Assembly (NCBI GenBank): GCA_963772725.1
Contig: CAVYYI010000001.1
Coordinates: 32,001 to 96,000 of the forward strand
Length of the DNA stretch: 64,000 nt
Origin: an uncultured Phycisphaerales bacterium
GTDB taxonomy: Bacteria > Planctomycetota > Phycisphaerae > Sedimentisphaerales > Anaerobacaceae
Direction of reading: 5' to 3'
Shown: positions 44,429 to 56,669 of the stretch, piece after piece
How positions within the stretch are numbered: position 1 is the stretch's first letter
Layout of the letters: every line of letters starts with the position of its first letter
The notes under the pieces: generated by a model
What the model saw: only the letters and a program-made list of their open reading frames with translations
What the model was told of the DNA's origin: nothing
Database searches by the model: none
Made by a program: the position numbers and the translations under genes

Positions 44429-45830
44429 ATTTTCCGATACAAAAGCGGTTGAAAATATTATCCAGTATCTTCTCGTCAAGGCTTTCCTGCTCGATAGTCG
44501 CCAGGCTTCGATGCGCCGTACGCAGCATCATCGCGGCAATTTCGCTATTACCATTTTGAATTTCTTTCGCAGCTTCGACAAGACTCTCAGAGGCGTCGGT
44601 GACAGCCTGTTTGTGCCTGGCGGTTAAGGCTATGCCGTATTTTGAATCCTTTACACCGCCGGCAACAGCACTTCCTTTTTTCACCAAAAGCTGCAATATT
44701 TTTTCATCTATTATTTTGCGAAGGACATTTATATTAATGTCGGTTTCAACACTGACAGGTACAAAAACGGTATTGAATAACTCGTTCAGCATATCAAGAC
44801 GGCTTTTGAGCGTATCATGAGTAAGCAGGTCTGATTTAGTCGCTATCGTTATAAGCACATCTGGATTTATAAGTTTGCGTATCGCGATATCCTCGTTCCA
44901 GTCAGTTTTTGATATATCGACGCAGAATACAGCGATGGATGCTTTTTGAATAGCATCCAGCGCAGAGTTCTGCGCAAGTTCGTCGATAAGCGTTTCACAT
45001 TTCGGCATCAAGCCTGCGCAATCGAACAGAACACAAATAGTATTACGAAGTTCGAGTTGTCCGCTTAGAACGTCCCTTGTAGTCTTCCGTTGGTATGATA
45101 CGATGCTTCTTTCGTGACCGAGCAGTTTATTAAGCAGGCTGCTTTTGCCGGCATTGGGGGCGCCGGCGATTCCGACTGCAGGCAAATCAATTATGGATTC
45201 ACAAGTAATGCTGCCCAGCTGGAGCTGCTCAAGTCTGTTTTTTAGTTCGGTAATTTTTTCCGCTGCTTCATCCTTAGTTATAAACTCTATATCTTCCTCG
45301 CTGAAATCGAATCCCGCCTCGATTAAACTGAGACAATCCACTATCTGGCCGGTTATCTCTTCGGTGGTTTTGCTCAATCGTCCGGTCAGCAGTTTTTCTG
45401 CTGCGGCAAGCTGAAATCTGTTTGAACTGGAGATAATCTCGTTGACCGCCTCGGCTTGCGCCAAATCAATTTTGCCGTTAAAATACGCCCTTGCGGTAAA
45501 TTCCCCTGGTTGCGCCATTTTGGCTCCATTAGCGCACAGTTCAGCAATTAGCGATTCCGTAACGCAGGAGTTTGCATAGAAATGAAACTCAGTAATATCC
45601 TGGCCGGTGTAGGAATGCGGCGATACAAAAAGATACATTACAGCTTTGATTTTCAGTTCTTTATCTATTGTGATTACGCCGGAAACGAGACCGGAAGCAT
45701 TCTGTTCCGGCATCGGTGTAAAAATTCTGCTGCAGATATTGATGGTATCGGGACCGCTTACGCGAACAATTACTCTGCCATCCAAGGCTGGTGAACTGAC
45801 CGCTGTAATAGTATCATCGGACTGATACAT
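44427..45830 (-). CDS. mnmE: tRNA modification GTPase
   Basis: SYTGQD, PGEFTARA, GAPNAGKSSL, TTRD and C-terminal FCIGK. Confidence 0.95.
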   Translation of the reverse strand: MYQSDDTITAVSSPALDGRVIVRVSGPDTINICSRIFTPMPEQNASGLVSGVITIDKELKIKAVMYLFVSPHSYTGQDITEFHFYANSCVTESLIAELCANGAKMAQPGEFTARAYFNGKIDLAQAEAVNEIISSSNRFQLAAAEKLLTGRLSKTTEEITGQIVDCLSLIEAGFDFSEEDIEFITKDEAAEKITELKNRLEQLQLGSITCESIIDLPAVGIAGAPNAGKSSLLNKLLGHERSIVSYQRKTTRDVLSGQLELRNTICVLFDCAGLMPKCETLIDELAQNSALDAIQKASIAVFCVDISKTDWNEDIAIRKLINPDVLITIATKSDLLTHDTLKSRLDMLNELFNTVFVPVSVETDININVLRKIIDEKILQLLVKKGSAVAGGVKDSKYGIALTARHKQAVTDASESLVEAAKEIQNGNSEIAAMMLRTAHRSLATIEQESLDEKILDNIFNRFCIGK

Positions 45831-45832
45831 TG

Positions 45833-47798
45833 TTAAAACCGTTTAAAGAATGGTTTCGGTTTTTTCTTTTTTACTTTGCCGCCGGTTTTGCTGGTAGCTG
45901 ATACCGTGCCGTCCGCTTCCTGCTCCTCTTTTTCGCGGATATGCTTTCTAATAACCCACTGCTCAATTACACCGGCGAAGGTGCTTGCTCCGATATAGAG
46001 GTTCAGTCCCGAAGGGGCGTTATACAGCATTAAAGGAAAGAGGATAGGCATCATAATCATCATCATTTTCTGCTGCTGAGCCATCTGCGGATTACTCGAA
46101 GCCGCAGCGGTCTGCGGAGTAAGTTTCTGCTGGAGGTAAAACGCGACACCCATCATAAGCGGCAAAAGATTAAGCGAACTGAGTTTAAAATTTACAAAAG
46201 GAATATTTATCGTCGTAAATCTTATAAGCGCATCAGGAGCAGAAAGGTCGGTAATCCAGAAAGGCAAAAATTCCGCGCCGCGTAACGCGACACTGGCGTA
46301 TATCGCCCCGTAGAGCGCTATCCAGATTGGCATCTGAATAAACATCGGTATCATACCCATAATCGGGGAGGCGCCGTGTTCCTTGTAAACCGCCATCATT
46401 TGCTTATTCATTTCAGTTTTGTCGTTAGCGTATTTCTTTTTTATCTCCTCAATCTGAGGGCCGAGCTTACTCATTTTGCTCATTGAAATCTGGCTTTTCT
46501 TTGTAATCGGATGCAAAATGATACGAATCAGGAAAACCAGTATGATAATGACTATGCCGTAGTTATGAATAATATGGTGGTACATCCATTCCATCGCGGC
46601 CAGTATGCCAAAAGCCAGCGGATTTATAATCGCAGTGGGGCAGCAGACACGCCATAAAATCTATTGTCTGTTCAAAGCCGAGACTTTTGTACATCGGATT
46701 ACCGTCAAATACCCGCTTATCCTTAGGCCCGATATAAAGAGCGAAATTGTACACCTTTGAACTTTGGGGCTGGTCTGATACGGCAAGAGTAACGGGAGAT
46801 ATTTCAAAATCAAGCCCTATTGTTTTATCCTCGCTGTCAGGTTTCCCACTGGGGTTATAAAACCGACCTGTTTTATCCTCTATCCAGTCGCAAAAATTCT
46901 TCCCATTATCCGGAACCGGTATGAGTATGGAAGCAAAATATTTATTAACAATCCCTGCCCAGATGAAAATATCGTTATTTTTGCTGGTTAATGCCAGGCC
47001 TTTAGGGGTAGGTGCCTTTTCGAGACCTTTCATATCGAATCTGGTTGTTCTGATTTCGCTTGCGCCTTTGAACGCTGCTATTACTTTTCTCGAATCAGCC
47101 CTTTGGTCTTCTTCTCCGATTCCGACGGGGCCTGCCAGGTTAAACCGCACCTTTTGTTCGTCAAAGGAAAGATTTTCAACTTTTAGACTTATGTTCACCG
47201 AGTAGCTGTTCGGCGAAATCTTATAAGTCTTGATTAGTTTCAGCACGGGTTTATCGGTGTCTTTATTTATAATAATCGCCTCGAAACCGGCTGTCTGTGA
47301 ACCGTCGGCCGTTTTATTAACATCCGAGCATTCCCAGGATAATTTATTCAGAGCAAGCTGCTGGCCCTGCTGAGTAAAAATAAACTCCCTGTTTGCCATC
47401 GATAAAACATCCTGGCCGGCAGGCGATAAAACAGTCAAAGGCTGAGGATTTTTGGCACTTCTGTTATCAAATTTGCTGAAGGTCGCGCTTCTGATGGCCG
47501 CTCCCTGCGAGGTTAAGTCAAGCTGAAACTCATAATTGCTGCAAGGGTCAACCGAACCAAGCTTAACGTCTTTAACAGGCGACTGGTCTGCACCGAATAC
47601 AACCACCGCTTTGAGAACCGGTGTCTCTTTGGAAACCGCCGGCGCTTTTGCTTCGGCCTTGTCAACCGGCTGGGTCTGCTGCAAAAGAATACAGGGCGAG
47701 CCTTTGGCGGAGACATTTTTAAAAAAGCCTGATTTAACAACAAGTCCGCCGCAAAAAATAACGAATGCAGCTACAATTAAAACTAAAATTTTCTTCAT
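45833..47798 (-). CDS. yidC: Membrane protein insertase, one frameshift near 46640
   Basis: Periplasmic domain with YIGPK; NYGIVII, IQMPIW, WITDLSAPD and PSGLNLY motifs. Confidence 0.93.
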
Positions 47799-47838
47799 AA
47801 TCAAAATCACCAATAATCCATTATCAATCATCAATTTA

Positions 47839-48614
47839 TTATCTTCCTTCTCTGAGCCTGTCGCCGTGAAAGTTGTCCAGCCTGTCGATAGCGCGTATCT
47901 TGCTTATCGTGGTCTCAAAGTCGTATTCCAGCCGAACAAAATGCACCTTATTTTCGTCGATATAGACATAACTGGCACGGTTGTCCTTATCTCTGGGCTG
48001 GCCCACCGAGCCGGCGTTTATAATCGCCTTCTCATCATCCACAATCGGGTAAGTATTGCCAAGCTCGTCGGGCATATAAAAATCCGGCTCCTCAAGAAAA
48101 ACGCCGGGTACGTGCGTATGGCCTATAAAACAAATATGTTTGACCCTGCCGAAAAGTGTGCGAACCTTGGTGGGATTGCTGTAAACGTCATCAGGAAAAA
48201 TATACTCATTTATCGGTTTTCTCGGCGAGGCGTGAACAAAATCCAGCACCACCGCTTCCTGGCCAAGCTTAGCCTTAAGAGTACGCGCATCGGTAGCCTG
48301 CCCAGAAAATTCCATCTTTTATCGCTCGCCTGGCGGTTCGTTTCCGCTTCGAGAACATCGCGAGTCCAAAAGCCGGCCTGCTCGGCGGAATAGTTAAAAT
48401 TCGTAGGCTCATAAAAAACCGCGTAATCGTGATTGCCCAGAACGCACCACTTGGTCTTCTCGATAACTAAGTCGAGGCACTCCCTCGGGTTAGGGCCGTA
48501 CCCGATAACGTCGCCAAGGCAGTAAATCGTCTCTATGCCCCGTTTTTCTATATCCGACAGAACGGTCGTCAACGCCTCAAGATTAGAATGTATATCACTT
48601 ATAACAGCGAACAT
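47839..48614 (-). CDS. Calcineurin-like metallophosphoesterase, frameshifted near 48290
   Basis: SDIHSN, LGDVIGYG, GNHD, GHTH and GSVGQPRD motifs. Confidence 0.9.
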
Positions 48615-48936
48615 TTTACTGTCCCAAATAGTAAGCTACTCTTTGTAAACGTCTAAAACATAAAAAGATAACAAAAATTTCGCAAAAAATCCAACATTTT
48701 TATTTGTTTTTGAAAAAAGACTGCCTGCCAAAGTGCTAAAGAGGCAAGAATATTTTTAAAATCTGCATAATCAGCATTAAACATAGTGTAAAGGATGTAG
48801 CGATCTATGCAGGGGAGCAATGTGAATTAGGTTGACCTTAGGGTGGGAATCTGCAATTATATGGATTATAAGGCTGATTTTAAGGTTTTTCAGGGAACAT
48901 TTTCAGGTTCTGCTGGTCGAATTAAGGAGCAGCTTA

Positions 48937-49542
48937 GTGCAGTCAGAGACATCAAACATCAGGATTGACGATGCGGAGCTGGTGGAGCAGTGCCGGCGCG
49001 GCGAATCCGCGGCGATGGAACGGCTGATAATCAAGTACCAGAACCGCATTTATAACGTGATTTTGAAGATGTGCGCCAACGCCGACGACGCGCGGGAACT
49101 TACTCAGGATGCGTTTGTCAAAGCTATAGAGAACCTTGATAAATTCGAAGGCAAAAGCGGCTTTTACACCTGGCTTTTCAGGATTGCGCTTAACCTGACG
49201 ATAAATTTCTGCAAAAGAAACTCGCAGGTCGGCTTTAAGTCGCTGGACAGCGAGGCGGACATGCAGGATAGTAACACCAAAGTGGTGCTGCGGGATATAC
49301 TTCACGACCAGCGGCAGGTGGAGCCTTCGCAAATCGCGCAGAACAATGAGTTGTGCGAGATTATCGCCAAAGCGATGATGAAGCTGGACGAAGAACAAAG
49401 AACGGTTTTAATTTTAAGGGATATCGAAGGCATGAGTTATGCCGAGATTGCTGAAATTCTGGATGTGGAGCTGGGGACGGTAAAAAGCAGGCTCAGCAGG
49501 GCCAGGAGCAATCTCAAGGAAATTGTGGAGGCGATTTTATAA
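48937..49542 (+). CDS. ECF sigma factor (RpoE-like)
   Basis: DARELTQDAF, FYTWLFRIA and SYAEIAEIL..GTVKSRLSRAR; GTG start after AAGGAG. Confidence 0.93.
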   Translation: MQSETSNIRIDDAELVEQCRRGESAAMERLIIKYQNRIYNVILKMCANADDARELTQDAFVKAIENLDKFEGKSGFYTWLFRIALNLTINFCKRNSQVGFKSLDSEADMQDSNTKVVLRDILHDQRQVEPSQIAQNNELCEIIAKAMMKLDEEQRTVLILRDIEGMSYAEIAEILDVELGTVKSRLSRARSNLKEIVEAIL

Positions 49543-50510
49543 TGAAAGATAACACATATATCGATGAATTGCTCAACGGTTTTATCGACGGGGAATTGAC
49601 ACCTCAACAGCAGGTTGAGCTGGAAAGACTTATAGCGAAAGAGCCGCACATTGAACAGAAACTGCGGGAGCTGAAAAAATGTAAATTGCTCGTAAGTTCG
49701 CTGCCTTTTTCTAAGGCGCCGGCGGGGATGCTCGGCGATATAAAAGCATCGCTGGAGAAAAAAGCCTTGCTCGAACATTCACACAAACACTCTGTCGAAC
49801 ATAGCGGCAGGAGAGTTTTGCTGATGCGTAAGCTGATGACTGCCGCCGCGATGCTTGTCTTGATTGTGGTCTTCGGCGCGGTTATTTACACTATTGTTAG
49901 ACCGGTGCATAATGCGAGTAAGGTTTTTGTCGCGGTTAATAATACGACGCAGAATAAGCCGATTGCGGCGGCTGTCGAAAGCAGGTTTGACGGTACGCTT
50001 GAGCTTGCGACAAAAAATCTGACGGCTGTCAAAGCGGTCATCAACAGAGCGATTGTGGAAAACGGCATTCAGGATATTGCCGCCGCCAAAAACGAGGACG
50101 GCAAAACCGTACATGTTCTTGCCTGCGGCAGGAGTAAACTCAACGCCTTTTTGGCGGAGATGAATCCAGCGTGGGGGCAGCTCGATTCCGCTAAACTGAT
50201 TCTTAAAGGCCAGGAAAACAGCAACGTAACTGTGGATAATGTCAATGTCGCACAAATTATCGAGATTGCCCATCAGGATACCGCTGAAAAACGCTTTGAG
50301 TTGTGCAGGAATTTTGCTTTCCTGAACGAAAGTCCCACACTTTTGGCCAACAATGGAACGCTGACAGGGGAGGGCAACAGTGTGGATTTGTTGAGGACAT
50401 TAACACCTGTTCCCAAACCGGTCTTGACATCCGCTGAAAAAACAGTTAAAAGAATCCTTGCTTCCAGTGAAGATATTGAAGTTAATCTGACTATTATATT
50501 TAACGGGTAA
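49542..50510 (+). CDS. Putative membrane anti-sigma factor
   Basis: Start overlaps the sigma stop; ELLNGFIDGEL N-terminus and a single TM helix. Confidence 0.75.
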   Translation: MKDNTYIDELLNGFIDGELTPQQQVELERLIAKEPHIEQKLRELKKCKLLVSSLPFSKAPAGMLGDIKASLEKKALLEHSHKHSVEHSGRRVLLMRKLMTAAAMLVLIVVFGAVIYTIVRPVHNASKVFVAVNNTTQNKPIAAAVESRFDGTLELATKNLTAVKAVINRAIVENGIQDIAAAKNEDGKTVHVLACGRSKLNAFLAEMNPAWGQLDSAKLILKGQENSNVTVDNVNVAQIIEIAHQDTAEKRFELCRNFAFLNESPTLLANNGTLTGEGNSVDLLRTLTPVPKPVLTSAEKTVKRILASSEDIEVNLTIIFNG

Positions 50511-50518
50511 GTAGAGGA

Positions 50519-51058
50519 ATGCTTAACATAGAAAATTGCTGTCTGGCGGTCGTGGATGTTCAGGGCAAACTGGCGCAATTGATGTACGAGTGTGAGTACC
50601 TCATAAAAAATATCCAGATTCTCATTAAGGCCGCGAAAATTCTCAACATACCCATTTTATGGTGTCAGCAAAGACCGGAGGCTTTAGGTCCGACGGTTGG
50701 TGAAATAGCAGAACTCCTGGCCGGAAGCGAACCTGTCAATAAGTTAAGTTTCAGCTGCTGCGGCTGCGAAAAGTTTAACAACGAATTAGATGCCCTTAAC
50801 CGAACGGAGGTTATTTTGTGCGGCATAGAAACGCACGTCTGCATATATCAAACTGCTGTTGATTTGCTGGCCAAGGCAAAAATGGTGCATGTCATCGCCG
50901 ACGCGGTTTCGTCACGAACATTGGAGAATAAGCAAACCGCTCTGGAAAAAATGCGGGATAAAGGCGCTAATATAGACAGCACAGAAATGGTTTTGTTCGA
51001 ACTGCTCAAAACCGCCGAACACCCGAAATTCAGAGAAATTGCAAGACTTGTAAAATAA
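50519..51058 (+). CDS. Isochorismatase-family hydrolase
   Basis: VVDVQGKL, K.SFSC, GIETHVCIYQT and DAVSSR motifs. Confidence 0.92.
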   Translation: MLNIENCCLAVVDVQGKLAQLMYECEYLIKNIQILIKAAKILNIPILWCQQRPEALGPTVGEIAELLAGSEPVNKLSFSCCGCEKFNNELDALNRTEVILCGIETHVCIYQTAVDLLAKAKMVHVIADAVSSRTLENKQTALEKMRDKGANIDSTEMVLFELLKTAEHPKFREIARLVK

Positions 51059-51095
51059 ACTCTGCTGAGATTAGCCCTGCGGGATATCTTCAATT

Positions 51096-52341
51096 GAGAC
51101 CTCTGAAAAACTATGCATTTTTTACAAAACATTAATGCAATTATCAGCGGATATGATATAATGCGTCCATTCAATAGTCAATTTTATTGCATGGAGGCAA
51201 AGATTATGGAACGCACAAGCAATCAACCAACATTTCTCAACAGTTTAACTTCTGACCTCGGCGGTCGTCGCACTGCTCAATTTTTTCAAAAATGCGACCT
51301 GCTTATACCATGGAACGAACTTGCTGAGCCGTTAAGGGATATGTACAAGAACAACACCGACAAAGGCGGAGCATCGAATTATCCACTTGTAATGATGATA
51401 AAATGCATAATGCTGCAAAAGTGGTTTAATCTTTCCGACCCGATGCTCGAAGAGATGCTCTGTGACCGTATATCCTTCAGACGATTTGTAGGCCTTAAGA
51501 TGGAACAGGATGCACCTGATGAAACCACTTTTGTGCAGTTTCGCAAGCGTCTTAATATAAACGGCCATATAGCTACATTATTTGATAAGACTATCGCCAT
51601 ACTCAAAAGTCGCGGCGTTATACTTGAGGAAGGGACCTGTGTTGATGCCACTATAATAGAAGCGCCTCGCGGCAGAACGGGCAAAGACGGTATTTCCAGC
51701 ACCAAAGACAAGGCGGCAGGTTATACGAAAAAGCGTGGCAGAATATATCACGGCTATAAGGGCCATATTGCTACTGACTGTAACGGCATGATTAAAGACT
51801 ACCGTTTCGATACCGCCTCAACCCATGACAGCAGGTATATTGACGAACTTGTCGAGGATGAGAAGGACAGTGTCTTTGCTGATAGTGCATATATGGATAA
51901 AGACCGAAAGGCAAAACTGGAGGAACGCGGCGTGTTCTGCGGAATTATTCAAAAACGAGTTCGCGGCCAGAAGGAATTAACAGCATCACAGAAATTGCAT
52001 AACCGTCTGGTGGCGGGAATTCGGGCGGTGGTTGAACATCCGTTTGCGTGGATGAAGAATACCGGCTACGGCAGGACTCGATATCGAGGTATGAGGCGTA
52101 ACGCCTTTGATTTTGGGTTACATGTAATAGCGTACAATTGGAAAAGGAGTTTTAGCCTGGTGAGTATTGCCGGATAACGGCACACGACCTTTATGAGCAG
52201 ACAAAAAGGTATACCAAAGGCATAAAAGAATCCTTTGGTAAGGCGAGAAAACAGTTTTTGCGGTGTATCGAAATAATTTTTCGAAGCACTTCAAGCAAAA
52301 ATATAAGAGAATAATAAAATGTGAGGTTTTTCAGAGGTCTC
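51096..52341 (+). mobile_element. IS5-family insertion sequence
   Basis: Perfect 16-bp TIRs GAGACCTCTGAAAAAC; AATT TSD at 51092-51095 and 52342-52345. Confidence 0.93.
51206..52177 (+). CDS. IS5 transposase
   Basis: LSDP.LEE, PDETT, VDATII, GYKGH, ADSAY and R.VVEHPF motifs. Confidence 0.95.
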   Translation: MERTSNQPTFLNSLTSDLGGRRTAQFFQKCDLLIPWNELAEPLRDMYKNNTDKGGASNYPLVMMIKCIMLQKWFNLSDPMLEEMLCDRISFRRFVGLKMEQDAPDETTFVQFRKRLNINGHIATLFDKTIAILKSRGVILEEGTCVDATIIEAPRGRTGKDGISSTKDKAAGYTKKRGRIYHGYKGHIATDCNGMIKDYRFDTASTHDSRYIDELVEDEKDSVFADSAYMDKDRKAKLEERGVFCGIIQKRVRGQKELTASQKLHNRLVAGIRAVVEHPFAWMKNTGYGRTRYRGMRRNAFDFGLHVIAYNWKRSFSLVSIAG

Positions 52342-53210
52342 AATTCATTATTCATTAATCTTCGCCCCGCCATTCTGCGGCCAACCAATCAAATTGTCAA
52401 GCCTTTTCATCTTATAATCATAAAATCGGCAATCGAAAAAACCCGTGTTATTTGTCCGGCTTATAAAGATGCCCGTTCTTGTCGGGATTCTGCGGACAAG
52501 GCAGAGGTCTTTGGAATAAGCCTATCTAAGTTCTTCAATTGCTTTAAGGATAAAACTGCGCAGCGGTGAAAATTCTTCGTGGTCAAAATAATCTGCGTTT
52601 ATCTGTGTGAATCTGCGGATAATATTTTTCGTGTTTTTTGCGCCTTTTTGTGGCCATTATTTTCTTTGTGCCTTAGTGTCTTCGTGGTTGCCTTTTGCTT
52701 TCATACGCACTACGCACCTCGCACTATGCAATACCGTCTCTTCTATTCTGGACTCCAGTATTCTGGACTCCTTTTATAGCAATTAAAGAAAATATGTAAC
52801 CTTACACAGTCCGGTTGTTAAGAAGTAGAGCAACTTTGCTAGATTCGTAGCCACTACTTATCCGCAAAAATTAGGATAAGTGGTACGGCTATACTTTTTC
52901 TTGCATTGCTATAAAACTCGAGCGACCAGCGACGAGCGACGAACAACGAACTTTACCTATCTTAACATTTGCTCCTTTCCGCCGAAAACGCATTCTTTCA
53001 AAAAGTGTTAAAAAATGCTCAAATTGCGCACATTTTTCTTAAAAATTGTTCAAAATTCTTCAAAAAATGCGAAGAAAATGCTCATTTTTGCGCGTAATTT
53101 AGGCAAACTTTAACGATTGTAGCGATTATTTCCGGAAATAGTCTTTTAGGTTGTTAAACGGAAATCAATGCCAGGCGATGAAAAACGAATACCGAGCAAA
53201 GGACCTCGCC

Positions 53211-53428
53211 TGTCAACTTGGCAAAGATGAGCTGGGCTTATGCCAAAAATGACGGCAGTTATACCAACACTCATCCAGCTTTCATCTGCCATAGGCGGAT
53301 TATCTGCAATTTCAGAATTTTGATATAAGTCTTTATATTACAAATACCTCTGCGCTCTCTGCGAACTCTGTGGTGAAATATGCTGGTTAATTCATTTACA
53401 GCGTACGCGAACTGGTATATAATTTGCA
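53211..53428 (+). promoter_or_regulatory. Putative sigma54 promoter of the groL cluster with upstream palindrome
   Basis: CTGGTATATAATTTGCA (GG-N10-GC) at 53412-53428; TGTCAACTTGGCA at 53211-53223. Confidence 0.6.
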
Positions 53429-53494
53429 ATTCCGGTATAATCAATAATTCGATTTTAATAAATATTTTCGTGGATAGTAAAGGAGACAAGTAAT

Positions 53495-55183
53495 ATGGCA
53501 GTTAAAAATTTGGCATTTGAAACAGAGGCAAGAGCAAAGCTGCTGGCGGGTGTGGAAAAGTTGGCAAGAGCGGTCAAAGCGACGCTTGGGCCTCGCGGCA
53601 GAACCGCTGTTATAGATAAAGGTTGGGGCGGCCCGCTCGTTACCAAAGACGGCGTAACAGTGGCTGAAGAGATTGAACTTACCGACAAAAACGAGAACCT
53701 GGGCGCAAAGTTAGTCAGGGAAGCGGCGAGCAAAACCTCCAAAATCGCCGGCGACGGGACAACGACCGCGACTTTATTGACTGAGGCGATGTTCAAGGAG
53801 GCATATCGCAATCTAACCGCTGGCGCGGACGCGATGTCTCTTAACCGCGGGATGCAGGAAGCGACAAAAGTTGTGATTAAGAAGCTGGCCTCGCTTGCCA
53901 AACCGATTGATATCGCCAAGAAGACCGACATAATCAACATAGCGTCAATTTCCGCCAATAACGATACGGCAATCGGCAAGATTATGGCAGAAGCGTTTCA
54001 GCGGGTGGGCAAAGACGGGGTCATCACAGTCGAAGAGGGCAAAGGGCTTGAGACGACGGTTGAATTTGTCGAGGGTATGCAGTTCGACCGCGGCTATCTT
54101 TCGCCGCACTTTGTGACCAATCCTGATAATATGACGTGCGAACTTGAAAAGCCGTTCATGCTTGTTTACGAGGACAAAATCAGCAATGTTGCAAAGATGG
54201 TTCCGCTGCTTGAGAAAATCGCCAAGAGCAAACGTCCGTTGCTGATTATCGCCGAGGATGTGGAAAGCGAAGCACTCGCGACATTAGTAGTCAATAAGCT
54301 TAAAGGTATTCTGCAGGTTGCGGCTGTCAAGGCGCCGGGTTATGGAGACAGGCGAAAGGCGATGCTGCAGGATATAGCGATACTGACCGGCGCGGAGCCA
54401 ATTTTCAAGGATTTGGGAATCGAGCTGGAAAATATCAGCGTTAAACAATTGGGCCAGGCGAAAAAGATAACGATTGATAACGATAACACCATTATTGTCG
54501 AGGGAGCTGGCGGCGATGAGGCCATTAAAGGAAGAATCAAACAGATTCAGGCCGAAATTGGAACTACAACAAGCGATTACGACCGCGAGAAACTGCAGGA
54601 GCGTTTGGCGAAACTGACCGGCGGCGTGGCTCAAATCAATGTCGGGGCAGCCAGCGAAACTGAGATGAAGGAAATAAAAGCCAGAATCGAGGACGCGCTT
54701 CACGCTACCAGAGCGGCCATCGAGGAAGGAATTGTTGCCGGCGGAGGTGTGGCACTGATACGATGCATCGAAGCGGTTAAGCAGTTGAAACTGACCGGCG
54801 ACGAGAAGACCGGCGCGGAGATAGTCGCAAAGGCTTTGGTGATGCCGTGCTACTGCATCGCTGACAATGCCGGCGCGATACCAAACCTGATTGTTAATAA
54901 GGTTGCAGAAGGTAAGGGCGGATTTGGCTATAACGCCAATACAGATACTTTTGAAGACCTGCTCGAAGCAGGCGTAATTGACCCTGTTAAGGTAACAAGA
55001 ATCGCTCTTCAGAACGCGACAAGTATAGCGGGACTGCTGCTGACTACCGATTGCCTTGTAACCGAAAAGCCCGAGGAAAAGAAAGGCGGCCAGGGCGGAA
55101 TGCCTGGCGGTATGGGTGGTATGGGAGGCGGCATGGGAGGAATGGGTGGCATGGGCGGGATGGGCGATATGGATATGATGTAA
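53495..55183 (+). CDS. groL: Chaperonin GroEL paralogue 1 (GGM tail)
   Basis: [23 protein letters not shown] and a GGM-rich C-terminus. Confidence 0.97.
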   Translation: MAVKNLAFETEARAKLLAGVEKLARAVKATLGPRGRTAVIDKGWGGPLVTKDGVTVAEEIELTDKNENLGAKLVREAASKTSKIAGDGTTTATLLTEAMFKEAYRNLTAGADAMSLNRGMQEATKVVIKKLASLAKPIDIAKKTDIINIASISANNDTAIGKIMAEAFQRVGKDGVITVEEGKGLETTVEFVEGMQFDRGYLSPHFVTNPDNMTCELEKPFMLVYEDKISNVAKMVPLLEKIAKSKRPLLIIAEDVESEALATLVVNKLKGILQVAAVKAPGYGDRRKAMLQDIAILTGAEPIFKDLGIELENISVKQLGQAKKITIDNDNTIIVEGAGGDEAIKGRIKQIQAEIGTTTSDYDREKLQERLAKLTGGVAQINVGAASETEMKEIKARIEDALHATRAAIEEGIVAGGGVALIRCIEAVKQLKLTGDEKTGAEIVAKALVMPCYCIADNAGAIPNLIVNKVAEGKGGFGYNANTDTFEDLLEAGVIDPVKVTRIALQNATSIAGLLLTTDCLVTEKPEEKKGGQGGMPGGMGGMGGGMGGMGGMGGMGDMDMM

Positions 55184-55282
55184 AAAAAACAGTAGACAGA
55201 ATAAGACACAAGATTCAAGACCCAAGACCTTTTGCGTCGTGGTTGTAAAGAAAATTTTAGGATTTTTTGTTAAAGGTGGATT

Positions 55283-56665
55283 ATGAAAGCAAAGCTGTTT
55301 ATGATTGGTGTCGTGGCATTTGCGATGTTTATCGCTGGCTGCGGTAATGCACAGAAGAGTACAAAGGCATTAAAGGGCGAAAATGAGAAGCGGCTGGCTA
55401 ATCCGCCTCAATGGTTCCAGGACGCCAAGTTCGGGATGTTCATACACTGGGGAATATACAGCGTTCCGGCGCGAGGCATATGGGTGATGCACAGAGAAAA
55501 GATGACCATCAAACAGTATGAACCGTATGCGACACAATTTAATCCGACGGAGTTTGACCCCGCGGAATGGGTACGAATAGCTAAAGACGCGGGGATGAAA
55601 TATATCACCATCACGAGCAAGCATCATGACGGATTCTGTATGTGGGATACGAAACTGACGGACTGGGACATCATGGACGCCAGTCCATATAAGAAGGACA
55701 TACTGAAAATGCTTGCGGATGAATGCAAGAAGCAGGATATGCCTTTGTTCTTTTATTATTCGCAACTGGACTTGCATCACCCGGATTATTTTCCGCGGGG
55801 CAGGACTGGGGAATATTCGGGCAGGCCTGAAAGCGGCAACTGGGACAATTACATAAAATATATGAATGCTCAGCTTGCGGAACTGTGCAGCGGAAGATAC
55901 GGTAAAATAGCCGGTATTTGGTTCGATGGCTGGTGGGATCAGCATCCAAAAGATAAAAGCCTGTGGAAAGGAGACCCAAGAATGACATCCGTTGACTGGC
56001 ATCTTCAGGAGACTTATGACTTGATTCATTCTTTGCAGCCCAAGGCGATGATTGGCAATAATCATCATGTTGCGCCATTTCCGGGTGAGGATTTTCAGAT
56101 GTTCGAGCGGGGAGTGCCTGGCAGCAACCCTTACAGCGAAACAAAGGGAACATCAAAGCTGCCTCTTGAGACATGTGATACGCTGAACAAGTCGTGGTGT
56201 TATAACTCGAGCGATAAGAATTTCAAAAGCACGGAAGAGGTGGTTCATTATATTGTTAAGGCAGCGGGGAACAACGCGAATCTGCTGCTGAATGTCGGGC
56301 CAATGCCGACGGGCAAGATACAACCGGAATTTGTTGAAAGACTCAAAGAGGTTGGCAAATGGATGAAAGTAAATGGCGAAACAATTTACGGCACCCGCGG
56401 CGGGCCGGTACCACCACAGGACTGGGGATATTCAACGCGTAAAGACAATAAAGTATATCTGCATATTGTTAAGGTAAAGGCTGGCGACGAGATTGTCGTG
56501 CCGGGTTTGTCCGCAAAGAATATTAACAGCGCAAAGCTTTTCAAAACCGGCAAAAATGTAAAACATTCTCAAGCTGATAATGCGTTGAAAATACAATTAG
56601 AGGCTTCTCAGATAAACAATATCGATACGATAGTCGTACTCGATATGAAAAATATCAAAATCTAA
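55283..56665 (+). CDS. Alpha-L-fucosidase (GH29), lipoprotein
   Basis: IAGC lipobox; WFQDAKFGMFIHWG, TSKHHDGF, IWFDG and LLLNVGP motifs. Confidence 0.92.
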   Translation: MKAKLFMIGVVAFAMFIAGCGNAQKSTKALKGENEKRLANPPQWFQDAKFGMFIHWGIYSVPARGIWVMHREKMTIKQYEPYATQFNPTEFDPAEWVRIAKDAGMKYITITSKHHDGFCMWDTKLTDWDIMDASPYKKDILKMLADECKKQDMPLFFYYSQLDLHHPDYFPRGRTGEYSGRPESGNWDNYIKYMNAQLAELCSGRYGKIAGIWFDGWWDQHPKDKSLWKGDPRMTSVDWHLQETYDLIHSLQPKAMIGNNHHVAPFPGEDFQMFERGVPGSNPYSETKGTSKLPLETCDTLNKSWCYNSSDKNFKSTEEVVHYIVKAAGNNANLLLNVGPMPTGKIQPEFVERLKEVGKWMKVNGETIYGTRGGPVPPQDWGYSTRKDNKVYLHIVKVKAGDEIVVPGLSAKNINSAKLFKTGKNVKHSQADNALKIQLEASQINNIDTIVVLDMKNIKI

Positions 56666-56669
56666 ATAA

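Noticed and set aside
48721..48750. CIRCE operator (AAGTGCTAA)
   Set aside because: Only a partial half-site, with no matching inverted half, and not upstream of a chaperone gene.
52845..52893. Hairpin ACTACTTATCC...GGATAAGTGGT as an ncRNA
   Set aside because: Single isolated stem amid intergenic repeats, with no recognisable family motif or second copy.
54284..56174. Long antisense ORFs (313, 232 and 167 aa) and similar shadow ORFs elsewhere
   Set aside because: They lie opposite well-supported genes and have no motifs; they are codon-bias shadows.
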